A DNA stretch of 64,000 bases from an uncultured Candidatus Saccharibacteria bacterium. Lineage in GTDB: Bacteria > Patescibacteriota > Andersenbacteria > UBA10190. Made by a program: the position numbers and the translations under genes. The notes under the pieces were generated by a model. That model ran no database searches, had not been told where the DNA came from, and saw nothing but the letters and a program-made list of their open reading frames with translations. The first letter of the stretch is position 1. Each line of letters opens with the position of its first letter. The stretch covers positions 12,401 to 76,400 of the forward strand of contig CAYMOF010000001.1 in the NCBI GenBank assembly GCA_964392095.1. The letters run 5' to 3'. Shown here piece after piece: positions 10,780-20,289 of the stretch.

Positions 10780-11958
10780 ATGAAATTCGCGGTTATTGAA
10801 TATTCTAGTAAATCGGGTCGCGTCTGGCGTCATACAAACCAAAAACCAAATTATCTATGCGATCCCGAAACCATTATCGACCCAACCAGCTTTGGTTGTT
10901 ATGTTTCCGCCCTTTCCGGAGAACACATCCCCCTTCTTAGTCTAATCATAGGCACAAAATCGACTTGCCCAAAAAACAAACATCATAATCCAGATGACGA
11001 CTTCCCAATCAATCCCCTAACAAAAACCTATCGTCGGGTCTTTAAAAAAGTAACCGGCTCCTGGCCAGCCGGATACTCAATAGACTACCTAAAAAAATTC
11101 GATGCTTTACTAGTTGTTCACCAGATCAGCGACGGTCACGAAATCACTTCATTTACAACCAGAGTTAAAAAAAGGTTCCCTCACATTTTTTTAGTCGGCG
11201 TGCCCACTCAACCATTCGGCATCCTTAAAGATAACTGGCCATCTTGCCCTAGCTCTTTTCAAAACCTAAAAAATTTTATCACGGCCTGCGACACCTTTAT
11301 TACCATCGTTTCCAGCACCAAAAAAGAGTGGCAAAAAATTACCAACCGTCCTGTAACCTACCTACCCCAGCCATATCCCGTTGAGTTTACCCAACGCTTT
11401 TTTTCCCCTCTAAAAAACAAGAAAAAAATTATATTTGTTGCCGGTGTAACCGAAAGAAACAATATAACTAAAGGACACATAATCGCCAATAAATTACAAC
11501 AAATTTTTCCCGATTACAAAATCCATCTCACCAAAACCCCTGGCACCTCCCTCAACGTCGCCAACCTAAAAGACACTAATTATGAAATCGTTCCCTTTCT
11601 TTCCTGGCATAAACACCTCCAATACCTTGCCCAAACGTCCTTAGTTATAAACACTGATTATACCCAAACACGCGGGCGGGTTCAGTGCGATTGCGCGGCC
11701 GTGGGAACTCCTTCTATTGGTGCCGACTCAGATGGTCAACAATTTCTTTTCCCTCAACTACCGGCATCCTCAAAAACCTCACTAAAAACCCTGATTACTC
11801 AAGGCTGTCACCTGCTATCCAGTCAATTTTATTACAAAAATATAGTTAACCAAGCAAAAAATAATCTCACCCAGTACAACTACAGTCTATCAGCCAAACG
11901 TTTCACTAATCTATATAAAAAATATCTTCGCGAAAGTCGTCAACAGCCCGAATCATGA
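10780..11958 (+). CDS. Hypothetical protein, possibly a divergent GT-B glycosyltransferase
   Basis: C-terminal TRGRVQCDCAAVGTPSIGADSDGQ loosely resembles the GT4 nucleotide-sugar binding segment. Otherwise no motifs. Confidence 0.3.
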   Translation: MKFAVIEYSSKSGRVWRHTNQKPNYLCDPETIIDPTSFGCYVSALSGEHIPLLSLIIGTKSTCPKNKHHNPDDDFPINPLTKTYRRVFKKVTGSWPAGYSIDYLKKFDALLVVHQISDGHEITSFTTRVKKRFPHIFLVGVPTQPFGILKDNWPSCPSSFQNLKNFITACDTFITIVSSTKKEWQKITNRPVTYLPQPYPVEFTQRFFSPLKNKKKIIFVAGVTERNNITKGHIIANKLQQIFPDYKIHLTKTPGTSLNVANLKDTNYEIVPFLSWHKHLQYLAQTSLVINTDYTQTRGRVQCDCAAVGTPSIGADSDGQQFLFPQLPASSKTSLKTLITQGCHLLSSQFYYKNIVNQAKNNLTQYNYSLSAKRFTNLYKKYLRESRQQPES

Positions 11959-12998
11959 AAAAAATACTGATCAAACACGTAGGCAATATGGGGGATATGG
12001 TTTTCCTAGTCCCGCCAGCTTTAGCCACCCTAAAAAAAGTTTATCCTCACTGCCAAATAACATTTCTTACCGCTTGGGGCTATAAAGACAAACACGGTCG
12101 CTGGGGAAAGCGCTCTCAGGACGGACACTGTATAGCCTTGTCTCTCAATAATCCCCACATCGACCACTTGGCCCACTGGCACGACACCAAAACTTCTCTT
12201 TCAGGCAATATCTGTCAAGAGGAGGGACACAAAATCCCCACCTGGAGTAAAGATTATTATGAAAAAATTAAAAGCTCGTCCGCTTTTGACCTGGTTTATG
12301 AACTGGACTTCGGCATTAGCGCCAATGATAATCCCATAAAGAAAATGTACCAACTGTTAAACCTGCCTGATGAAAATTATTCCGACTATAAGCTGTATTT
12401 CAATCAAAGAGACCTGTCCATAGCTGAAGAAATTATAAAAGAACACCCTTCGCCTCGGATTGTTTTACTTGAATCTCTTTTTGGAAAAACCACTCGTTCT
12501 TGGGACAAACACAAACTTCCCGCTCTTAATCAGGCCATCAAAAAACATTTTGGCGTCAAACCAATTTATTTTGGAAGCCGGTTTTCTCCTTACTATCAAG
12601 GACATCCTCTTACTCTTAACCAAAACATCGCTTTATTAAAATTCTGTCACGTTGCCGTCGGACCTTTGTCCGGCCCTTTACACTTCGCCGCCGCCTGCGG
12701 CTTACCCACCATAACCATACACTGTGATGTCCCTCTGCGTCGTACCGCCCCCGCGTATTTTTTAAATAAATATATAACCAATCCTCAACATCGTCACCGT
12801 ACTATACTAGGACCATCGCCCTGCGTTCACCACCAACTCAAAAATCCTCTTTTTTGCGACAACCTAACTCCTTACGAAGCCAAAAAACAAAACTATAAAA
12901 ACTGGGATAATCCCGGCAACCAGTCAAAAAAATCATGTCTATCTGTAATTACCGTCGATGAAATTATATCTGTTCTTTCTGATATTGTTAGGCCCTGA
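11955..12998 (+). CDS. GT9 family glycosyltransferase (heptosyltransferase-like)
   Basis: N-terminal ILIKHVGNMGDMVFLVPPALATLKKVYPHCQITFLT is the GT9 pattern (GDxx.. P.l..Lk..yP.a.i). 4-nt overlap with the upstream gene. Confidence 0.7.
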   Translation: MKKILIKHVGNMGDMVFLVPPALATLKKVYPHCQITFLTAWGYKDKHGRWGKRSQDGHCIALSLNNPHIDHLAHWHDTKTSLSGNICQEEGHKIPTWSKDYYEKIKSSSAFDLVYELDFGISANDNPIKKMYQLLNLPDENYSDYKLYFNQRDLSIAEEIIKEHPSPRIVLLESLFGKTTRSWDKHKLPALNQAIKKHFGVKPIYFGSRFSPYYQGHPLTLNQNIALLKFCHVAVGPLSGPLHFAAACGLPTITIHCDVPLRRTAPAYFLNKYITNPQHRHRTILGPSPCVHHQLKNPLFCDNLTPYEAKKQNYKNWDNPGNQSKKSCLSVITVDEIISVLSDIVRP

Positions 12999-13186
12999 TA
13001 CCCTATTCGGAACCAGCCGCTGAAGTATCAGAACCTGCCGGGCCTAGCGCCGCCTCGTTATGTGAGTAGATTCCCTATAGTCTCTTTATCAAAACCGACA
13101 AATAGGTTACAAAATATACAGCTTGAGATTAGTATTATGAAATCGGACTTTATGTAGCGTACACACCACGCCCTTAATTAATATTT

Positions 13187-13915
13187 ATGGACCAATCAAA
13201 GCCTAATAACCATTCAACCTGGATCATTATCCCCACCTACAACGAGAAGGGAAATATTTCTAAAATGATCCACCGTCTCTTTTGGTTAAATATTCCTAAT
13301 CTATCCGTTCTCATAGTGGACGACAGTTCTCCCGACGGCACCGGCTCAATCGTTCGGTCTCTGCAAAAAAAATATCAATCTCTTCACCTTGAACAAAGAT
13401 CAGGCAAAAATGGTTTAGGAACAGCCTACATCCACGGCTTTAAGTACGCCTTAGAAAAAGGAGCATCGGCACTAGTCCAAATGGACGCCGATTTTTCTCA
13501 CAGCCCCGACGACGTGTCTCGTCTTCTAAACGAACTAAAAAAATATGATCTCGTTCTGGGATCCAGATACGTCAACGGCATCAGCGTGATTAACTGGCCG
13601 CTCAAAAGGCTGCTTATAAGCATGGGCGGAAACCTTTATGCCCGCCTGGTCACCGGCCTGCCTTATAAAGATTCGACTGGCGGATTTAAGGCCTGGCGCT
13701 CACCGGCACTTAAAAAAATTAATTTGGACCAAACTAAAGGTAATGGATATGCTTTTCAAATTTCTACCACCTACGCCGCCTGGAAAAAGGGTTTTAAAAT
13801 TACTGAAGTTCCTATAGTTTTCACTGAAAGAACCGACGGGAAATCAAAGATGAGCAAGGCAATAGTATGGGAGGCTATTTGGCTTGTCTGGAAACTGCGC
13901 ATATTCGGCATATAA
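13187..13915 (+). CDS. GT2 dolichyl/undecaprenyl-phosphate hexose synthase (DPM1-like)
   Basis: WIIIPTYNEKGNI, LIVDDSSPDGTG, MDADFSHSPDD, LVLGSRY are a classic Dpm1/Ppm1 motif set. Confidence 0.85.
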   Translation: MDQSKPNNHSTWIIIPTYNEKGNISKMIHRLFWLNIPNLSVLIVDDSSPDGTGSIVRSLQKKYQSLHLEQRSGKNGLGTAYIHGFKYALEKGASALVQMDADFSHSPDDVSRLLNELKKYDLVLGSRYVNGISVINWPLKRLLISMGGNLYARLVTGLPYKDSTGGFKAWRSPALKKINLDQTKGNGYAFQISTTYAAWKKGFKITEVPIVFTERTDGKSKMSKAIVWEAIWLVWKLRIFGI

Positions 13916-16193
13916 AAATCCAATGCGTATAAATTTATATTTATTTCTCGTCATAGTTTGCATTCTTCTCGCCTTCTCCCCCTTGTTAAGGGGGTATTTT
14001 TTCTATAGCGGAGACATGCGCGACGTTTTTATCCCTCTTGAAAAGTTTTTCCGATCTCAACAACTGGTTGGCCAAATCCCCTCCTGGAACCCAAACATCG
14101 CCTGGGGTTTTCCGGTAATTGCCTCTGCCCAAATAGGCTATTTCTATCCACCTCTTTTACTCGGACGTTTTTTGCCTCTTCAAATATATCTCCCTCTAAT
14201 ATTCATGTCTCATTTAATATTTCTGACCATTGGTACCTATTTTTTTGTCCGCCGCCTAGGACAAAGCAAAACCTCCAGCTCTCTGTCAGCTCTTTCTTTT
14301 GCTTTAGGTGCTTACGTAATCCAACACGCCTCCCACCTAAACATAATCCTCACTTTATCCTGGCTGCCCTGGCAACTCTTGATCGCGCATACTCTCGCCT
14401 CCCGAAAAAAATTTAATTTTTTGAGGTTTACTCTTTTTGTCCTGACATTAAGTTTCCCCTTCCTAGCGGGACAAATCCAGATTCCTCTGCTAACAAGCGG
14501 TTTTTCCTCTCTTTTTTATTTATGGCTATCCTTAATCAACAAGAAAACATTCTTTAAGCCCACCCTTTACGTTTTGTCCGCCGCTGTCTTAGTCGTCGCC
14601 CTGGCTTCATGTCAGCTCTTGCCTACCTACGAACTGACGCAATTTTCATCCCGGGCCAACAACAATGATTTTGATATCATCCGAGCCAACCAACACAGCT
14701 TTCCCCTCTACCATTTGCCCACCCTGCTATTTCCACGCTTCTTTGGCAACGACTCAACCTATTGGGGAAAGCGTTTGCAAATAGAGTATGGAATTTATAT
14801 AGGCGCTATTCCTCTAATTCTCTCTTTATGGATTATCTTTAAACAAATCAAGTCAAATAAACCTGTTTTACCTTACGGACGATTCTGGTTATTCGCCGCG
14901 ATTGCCTCTTTTTTGCTCGCCTTGGGAAACAATTCCCCTTTTAGACTTATCGGACTTGAGCCTTCTCTTTGGATATTTTCGGCTCCCGCTCGTTGGCTAT
15001 TATTTACTTGTTTCTCTCTGTCAATCATGTCCGGGTTCGGTTTGGATATACTGTCTAATAAAAACATATCCTTAAGGTCTTTCCAGTGGTTTATCGTTAT
15101 ATTCTTTGCTTTCATTATCGGATTCAATCTTTTATTATTGCTGCCTGCCACTACCCTAGCCGATTACGCACTTGATCTAATAAAAGCAATCCGGCCGGAA
15201 ATTTTGACCGGTCGAGACCTTACCTATTACCAAAACAAACTTCTTAATCTGGTTGTCAGCGCCAAACAAGATAGCATCAGCTTATCCTCTCTCTACACCA
15301 TTATTCCTCTTGTCTCTATCTTGTCCTTTCCTTTCATATTTAACAGAAAAAGAGGACGTCAGGTTATTCTTGGTGTAACTATTTTTGAATTGATAATCTT
15401 TGCCAACAGCACCAACCCCACCACCCCCTGGACAAAAATATTAAATCCCCCCTCCTCCTTAAAACAATTACCTAATCACGTACTGGATAAATCATCAAGG
15501 CTCCACTCGCTGCGCCCTTCCGGAGGAGACACCGGAGCTCTCTTAACTAACCCTTCTTCGCGAGCCGACAAAGAAACCAGAAACGAGCTAAGAAAGCTTT
15601 TGGTACCCCTAGTCCATTCCCAATTCGATGTAGCCGGTATAGAATGGCCCGCTTCTCTTTTTCTTTCTTCTCATGTGCCCCTTTTAGACCAGCTTCGAAC
15701 CTTCAACAAAAGCAGCTACAACCTTGACTTGGCTCGCTCTTTAAATATCGGAGCCGTAACCGCCCCTGCCAGCATGCCTTTGTCCAATATCAACCCTGTC
15801 TCAAAAAGCCAAGATGTTCTAATATACGATTTAGGCGAAAACCCCCGAGCCATTCTCTGTTCCTCTGAAAATAAGTGTGGTGTCAGCGCTTCCTACTCCG
15901 AATTAAACCCCAAGAAAATCAGTATCAATACCGACTCCCCCCAAGACACGACTTTGTTAGTCAAAGACAACTGGTTTCCCGGCTGGTTGGCCACCATAGA
16001 CGGTCTGCCCGCAACCATAGAAAAATCTAATTCCATATTTAAATCAATAAAACTTCCTCCCGGCCAACACACGGTTACTATGGAATATCGCCCCCGCTCC
16101 TTAGAAACCGGTCTCTTTATATCCCTGACAACTATTACAATACTAATAACCATCAATCTCCTGTTATTGCAAACAAAATCAAAACATCCGTAA
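13884..16193 (+). CDS. YfhO-family membrane glycosyltransferase-like protein (GT-C type)
   Basis: 769 aa. The N-terminal region FYSGDMRDVFIPLEKFF...NIAWGFPVIASAQIGYFYPPLLL follows the YfhO pattern, with a multi-TM body and C-terminal domain. The likely true start is the ATG at 13923. Located immediately downstream of a DPM1-like GT2, which is the classic pairing. Confidence 0.55.
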   Translation: MSGNCAYSAYKNPMRINLYLFLVIVCILLAFSPLLRGYFFYSGDMRDVFIPLEKFFRSQQLVGQIPSWNPNIAWGFPVIASAQIGYFYPPLLLGRFLPLQIYLPLIFMSHLIFLTIGTYFFVRRLGQSKTSSSLSALSFALGAYVIQHASHLNIILTLSWLPWQLLIAHTLASRKKFNFLRFTLFVLTLSFPFLAGQIQIPLLTSGFSSLFYLWLSLINKKTFFKPTLYVLSAAVLVVALASCQLLPTYELTQFSSRANNNDFDIIRANQHSFPLYHLPTLLFPRFFGNDSTYWGKRLQIEYGIYIGAIPLILSLWIIFKQIKSNKPVLPYGRFWLFAAIASFLLALGNNSPFRLIGLEPSLWIFSAPARWLLFTCFSLSIMSGFGLDILSNKNISLRSFQWFIVIFFAFIIGFNLLLLLPATTLADYALDLIKAIRPEILTGRDLTYYQNKLLNLVVSAKQDSISLSSLYTIIPLVSILSFPFIFNRKRGRQVILGVTIFELIIFANSTNPTTPWTKILNPPSSLKQLPNHVLDKSSRLHSLRPSGGDTGALLTNPSSRADKETRNELRKLLVPLVHSQFDVAGIEWPASLFLSSHVPLLDQLRTFNKSSYNLDLARSLNIGAVTAPASMPLSNINPVSKSQDVLIYDLGENPRAILCSSENKCGVSASYSELNPKKISINTDSPQDTTLLVKDNWFPGWLATIDGLPATIEKSNSIFKSIKLPPGQHTVTMEYRPRSLETGLFISLTTITILITINLLLLQTKSKHP

Positions 16194-16236
16194 TTTTCTC
16201 CATTTACCTCATCAACCAAAATGCTATTGTTTACCC

Positions 16237-17430
16237 ATGCATATACTTTTTTCTATACCAAGTGGATTTCACTTACGAGAAATTCTTCTTCCTTTAAAGC
16301 CTCTCATCGATCAAGACACCTCAATTGAGAAAGTCACCTGCCTGTGCCCGGCAGCGCCGTTTAAAGACAAACTTTTTAAAGAATATAAAGAAAAATATCA
16401 CTTCATTAAAAACCCCACCGATGAAAAAGAAACCACAAAATTGTTAGACCAAATTAAGCCCCAGCTTGTAGTTACCAACACAAGCGGGCTTGATTCTCTC
16501 GATCTGCCCCCCTTAAAATCAGCCCAATCTTTAAAAATCCCCACTTTTACTTTCATCTCCAGCTGGGATAATGTCTGGAAAATGGAAAGGCTAAAAAATG
16601 ACAACGGCTGTCAAATCCTCGCCGATACTATTGTTGTATGGAACCCCACCATGAAAAACCTCCTCCTCAAAATTTTTCCAACAGACCCCGAAAAAATTAA
16701 AATTATCGGCGCTCCCCGCTTAGACTTCTTTCACCATCCGGAAAAAATACCAACCCGCGAACAACTTTTTTCTCACCTCGGCCTAGACGACCCGGAGCGT
16801 AAATTAATACACCTTTCCTCAACCGAACTGTATCCTTTCGACTATGTCGTCAAAACCATAAGCAAAGCAATCGATAGCGATAAAATCAACCACCATCCCT
16901 ACTTATACCTTTCCGTACATCCCGGCGGCGACATAAACCGCCACAAAAAATATACCCAAAAATACAATGTCTTAACTCGCTATTCCTTTGGCAGGTTACC
17001 GACCTCTCCTCACCCCAACTTCCTCTATAATCCCACCATTAAGGACGTATATCTACTAACGTCTCTATTCGTTCACAGTGACCTTCTAATTAATCACTCC
17101 TCAACCACTGCCATCGAATCATTTTTGGGCCACACACCGGTCATAAACATAAATTACGGACGCCCATTTGACTACTTTAATTGGCGCCGCTCAATGGTTT
17201 ACCGTGACTTTAAACAGCACTATCAACAAATCCTGAAAGCCAAAGCGACCAAAATAGTCAAAAACCCCTCTGAACTAATAAACGCGATAAAAGCCTACCT
17301 AAACAATCCGCATGCCGACGCCGACGGTCGCCAAACCGCCTTAAAAAATATCTTGGCATCGGCCGATAAGCCCTGTGCTCCTCAAATACTGTCTCTCATA
17401 AAAACCTCTGTTGGCAGGGGTGATAGGTAG
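16237..17430 (+). CDS. TagF/TagB-like CDP-alditol (glycerol/ribitol) phosphotransferase family protein
   Basis: LYLSVHPGGD and LFVHSDLLINHSSTTAIESFLGHTPVINI correspond to the Glyphos_transf motifs k.HP and aDvLITDYSS..fDF..l.kPvI. Confidence 0.5.
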   Translation: MHILFSIPSGFHLREILLPLKPLIDQDTSIEKVTCLCPAAPFKDKLFKEYKEKYHFIKNPTDEKETTKLLDQIKPQLVVTNTSGLDSLDLPPLKSAQSLKIPTFTFISSWDNVWKMERLKNDNGCQILADTIVVWNPTMKNLLLKIFPTDPEKIKIIGAPRLDFFHHPEKIPTREQLFSHLGLDDPERKLIHLSSTELYPFDYVVKTISKAIDSDKINHHPYLYLSVHPGGDINRHKKYTQKYNVLTRYSFGRLPTSPHPNFLYNPTIKDVYLLTSLFVHSDLLINHSSTTAIESFLGHTPVININYGRPFDYFNWRRSMVYRDFKQHYQQILKAKATKIVKNPSELINAIKAYLNNPHADADGRQTALKNILASADKPCAPQILSLIKTSVGRGDR

Positions 17431-17434
17431 GATA

Positions 17435-17463
17435 TTGACTTGGTTTTGCAAACAACTATTTTA
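17435..17463 (+). promoter_or_regulatory. Candidate sigma70-type promoter (TTGACT-N17-TATTTT) upstream of the ATP-grasp operon
   Basis: TTGACT at 17435-17440 and TATTTT at 17458-17463 with a 17-nt spacer. Lies in the 77-nt gap before the 17508 start. Confidence 0.25.
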
Positions 17464-17507
17464 AAACCATTGACAACTTTCCTTTCTATTACTTATCTTA
17501 CTTAACT

Positions 17508-18350
17508 ATGAAATTTCATTTCATCTGCCACCCCCAGCACAACCAAAAAACCCGAGACCGGCTAAAAGAAGCTTGCGCTAAAAGAAATCTGGACTTTGTT
17601 TCTCAACACTGGATAGCCAAAGAACAGCCCAAACCCCAACCTAAAGACTTACTTTATCGCGCCTCTATTAGCCCTAAAAATATCATTCTTGAACAACAGC
17701 TAATTAATGAATCGATTATCACTTTATACCAAAAAACCCTTTCCTCCTATGTCGATCAATTCTCCAGCCAGCCTTCTCTTTTAACCAAAGCTAACATACC
17801 CACACCAAAAACCCTTAACATCTATTCCTGTGACCGCTCCACCCTTATTGAACAAGTGAATCAACTAGGCGGCTTTCCTGTTATCTTAAAAGTGTTCGGC
17901 GGCAGTCATGGGATAGGCATTATTAAATCGGACTCAACATCCTCTCTTTTTTCAATCACCGACTATCTCCTCTCCAAAAGAGAACTAGTTATCATGCAAG
18001 AATTCATAAAAACAAACTCCTCGGCTCGCTTAGTCGTTCTTGGCAATCAGGTTATTTCCAGCTATAGCTACCAAGTTCCCGCCCACGATTTTCGATCAAA
18101 CACCGGCCCCAACCCCCAAACTAACGCTGTCAACTACTCACCAGACATACAAAAAATCGCCGTGGGAGCTGTAAAGGCCCAGCTGGTTGAGTTCGGCGGA
18201 GTGGATATACTTATTGACGACAATAACCAACCTTACGTTTCGGAAGTTAACTTTCCTTGCAACATCATTCGCGCCGAAGAAGCAACCGACATAGATGTAG
18301 CCGGCTATATTTTGGATTTTCTAATTAACAAAGCAACCCGTTATGACTAG
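17508..18350 (+). CDS. ATP-grasp ligase (RimK / cyanophycin-synthetase N-domain-like)
   Basis: ILKVFGGSHGIGIIK, ELVIMQEFIK and GGVDILIDDNNQPYVSEVNFPC match ATP-grasp B- and C-domain signatures. Confidence 0.7.
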   Translation: MKFHFICHPQHNQKTRDRLKEACAKRNLDFVSQHWIAKEQPKPQPKDLLYRASISPKNIILEQQLINESIITLYQKTLSSYVDQFSSQPSLLTKANIPTPKTLNIYSCDRSTLIEQVNQLGGFPVILKVFGGSHGIGIIKSDSTSSLFSITDYLLSKRELVIMQEFIKTNSSARLVVLGNQVISSYSYQVPAHDFRSNTGPNPQTNAVNYSPDIQKIAVGAVKAQLVEFGGVDILIDDNNQPYVSEVNFPCNIIRAEEATDIDVAGYILDFLINKATRYD

Positions 18351-18996
18351 GGGGACCTTGACTTTTATTTTTGATGACGGGTATCAATGTATTTGGAACC
18401 ACGTCTTACCCGCCTTAAACGATCTCAAAATCCCGGCCGTATTTTCTGTACCAATAAAATCAACCTCCAAAGAACATCAATCCCACTTTCCTCTAATTCC
18501 ATATACAAGGTGGCTAACCGTTAAAAAGCACGGACATGAAATTGCTGCCCACTCAATAAGCCACACGGATTTAAGTGTCCTTTCTACCCAGGAATTAAAA
18601 AATAATTTAGCCCTACCCGCCTCTTTATTAAAAGCCACTACCTTGGTTTACCCCGGCGGCGCTTATAATAAAAAAATTAAAGCCCTGGCTCGCCAACACT
18701 ACACCGCCGCCCGTTCCACCAATCACGGGCTTGAAACCAAAACGCCTGCGGATTCTTTTGCTCTACACACAATAAATTTCACTCAGAAAAACTTCAGCCT
18801 ATTAAAAGCCAACTATTATGCTTTAAAAGCCTTCTTGCTCAACCGTTGGCTCATTGAGACATATCACATAATTACCCCAGAAAAAACCAATCACCCTTAT
18901 GCTATCCCCTTGTCCACTTTTGTTTCTCACCTTAAATTTGTTAGCCACCTTCCTCTTCACTTTACCACCATAAAAGACTATAAAGGCATCCGTTAA
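18343..18996 (+). CDS. Polysaccharide deacetylase (NodB / CE4 family)
   Basis: TFIFDDGY (motif 1 TFDDG), HGHEIAAHSISH (motif 2 H-x4-H), LVYPGGAYN (motif 3). 8-nt overlap with the ATP-grasp gene. Confidence 0.75.
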   Translation: MTRGTLTFIFDDGYQCIWNHVLPALNDLKIPAVFSVPIKSTSKEHQSHFPLIPYTRWLTVKKHGHEIAAHSISHTDLSVLSTQELKNNLALPASLLKATTLVYPGGAYNKKIKALARQHYTAARSTNHGLETKTPADSFALHTINFTQKNFSLLKANYYALKAFLLNRWLIETYHIITPEKTNHPYAIPLSTFVSHLKFVSHLPLHFTTIKDYKGIR

Positions 18997-19005
18997 ATAA
19001 ATTCC

Positions 19006-20289
19006 ATGTTTCGCTCCACAGACAAAAGCCTACATCCCAAAATAATCTCCGTTACCGGCACCAAAGGCAAGACTACCATTGTCCGTCTGCTGGACCATGT
19101 TCTCGCCCGACAATTTAACAACATTCTAAGGGTAGATACAGACGGCCACTATTTAAACGGAACCCAAAAATCAAACCCTCTGGACAGCTATCAACTTTTT
19201 GGCTTGTTACCAGGATCTTCTCCCGGCAGATTTTTATGGGACCTGCGCGATAAAAAAAATTCCCTGGCCATCCTTGAAGCAACATTCTCCTGTTCAGGGC
19301 ATGCCGGTCTTGGCTATCTTTCACATGACATTGGAATTTTCACCAATGTTTATGGCGACCACTTGGGACGCGACATAAAAAATGCCAAACAAATGGCGCG
19401 ACACAAAGCCAGGTTTATTTTTTCTCGCATAAAACCATCCGGCTTTGCCGTTTTTAATGCCGACGATAAACGCGTCTGTCGTTATCTGAACATGATACCA
19501 CCCTCTCTTAACATTAAGAAAATTCCTGTCGGCATTGATTTTAAGTATTTTTCTCCCAACCAACTCAAGCATCCCCATGAATTCGCCATAACTTGTAAAG
19601 AAAACAACGTAGGCCTGCTAAATAAACACAAGTTTAATCCTTTGTTCGACGCCTCCACTATTCCGTGGACTTTTAATGGTTGTTTTCTGCCCTCCATCTC
19701 TAATCTTATGTTTGTAACCGGTGCCCTAGGCGCTCATTACAACAAGCAAATACCTGCCGAGATTATTAATCGAATTTGCTCATACCAACCCAAAGAAGCT
19801 GGCGGACGATTAATAAGTATAAAAAACGAAGCCCGCAACATCACCGTCCTCCTCGACTTCGCCCACGAAGAAAAATCGCTTCTTGAAATTGCCAAACTCG
19901 CCCGCCAGCTATCTACCAACTCGACTATCAGCGTAATTCGAATAAACCCTGATCGCACCGACGCCTTGATTAAAAAAACCGGCCGCCGGATAGCCAACGC
20001 CTTTGACACTATAATCGTTTACGACAAAATCGATGGCATACACAGAAACGAATTAAAAGTTCCTCGCTGGAAACTTACTCGCCAACCAGGCGCCACTGCT
20101 TCACTGCTGCACTCCGCCATCAAAAAACATCAAAAACCACCTCACCAAACCTTCAAAATTATTGAAGAAAGAAAGGCCGTCGCAAAAGCTATCAGCATTG
20201 CTCAACCGGGAGACGTAATTATTTATATTGTCAACGATAATCATGGAGCCAGCTTAAACATCGCCAAAGAAGCCCTAAATCAATCATGA
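19006..20289 (+). CDS. Mur-ligase-family protein (CphA C-domain / MurT / PgsB-like amide ligase)
   Basis: P-loop ISVTGTKGKTT, GIFTNVYGDHLG (Mur ligase TN..DHLD motif) and a C-terminal Mur-ligase-type domain. Does not look like MurC-F proper. Confidence 0.65.
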   Translation: MFRSTDKSLHPKIISVTGTKGKTTIVRLLDHVLARQFNNILRVDTDGHYLNGTQKSNPLDSYQLFGLLPGSSPGRFLWDLRDKKNSLAILEATFSCSGHAGLGYLSHDIGIFTNVYGDHLGRDIKNAKQMARHKARFIFSRIKPSGFAVFNADDKRVCRYLNMIPPSLNIKKIPVGIDFKYFSPNQLKHPHEFAITCKENNVGLLNKHKFNPLFDASTIPWTFNGCFLPSISNLMFVTGALGAHYNKQIPAEIINRICSYQPKEAGGRLISIKNEARNITVLLDFAHEEKSLLEIAKLARQLSTNSTISVIRINPDRTDALIKKTGRRIANAFDTIIVYDKIDGIHRNELKVPRWKLTRQPGATASLLHSAIKKHQKPPHQTFKIIEERKAVAKAISIAQPGDVIIYIVNDNHGASLNIAKEALNQS

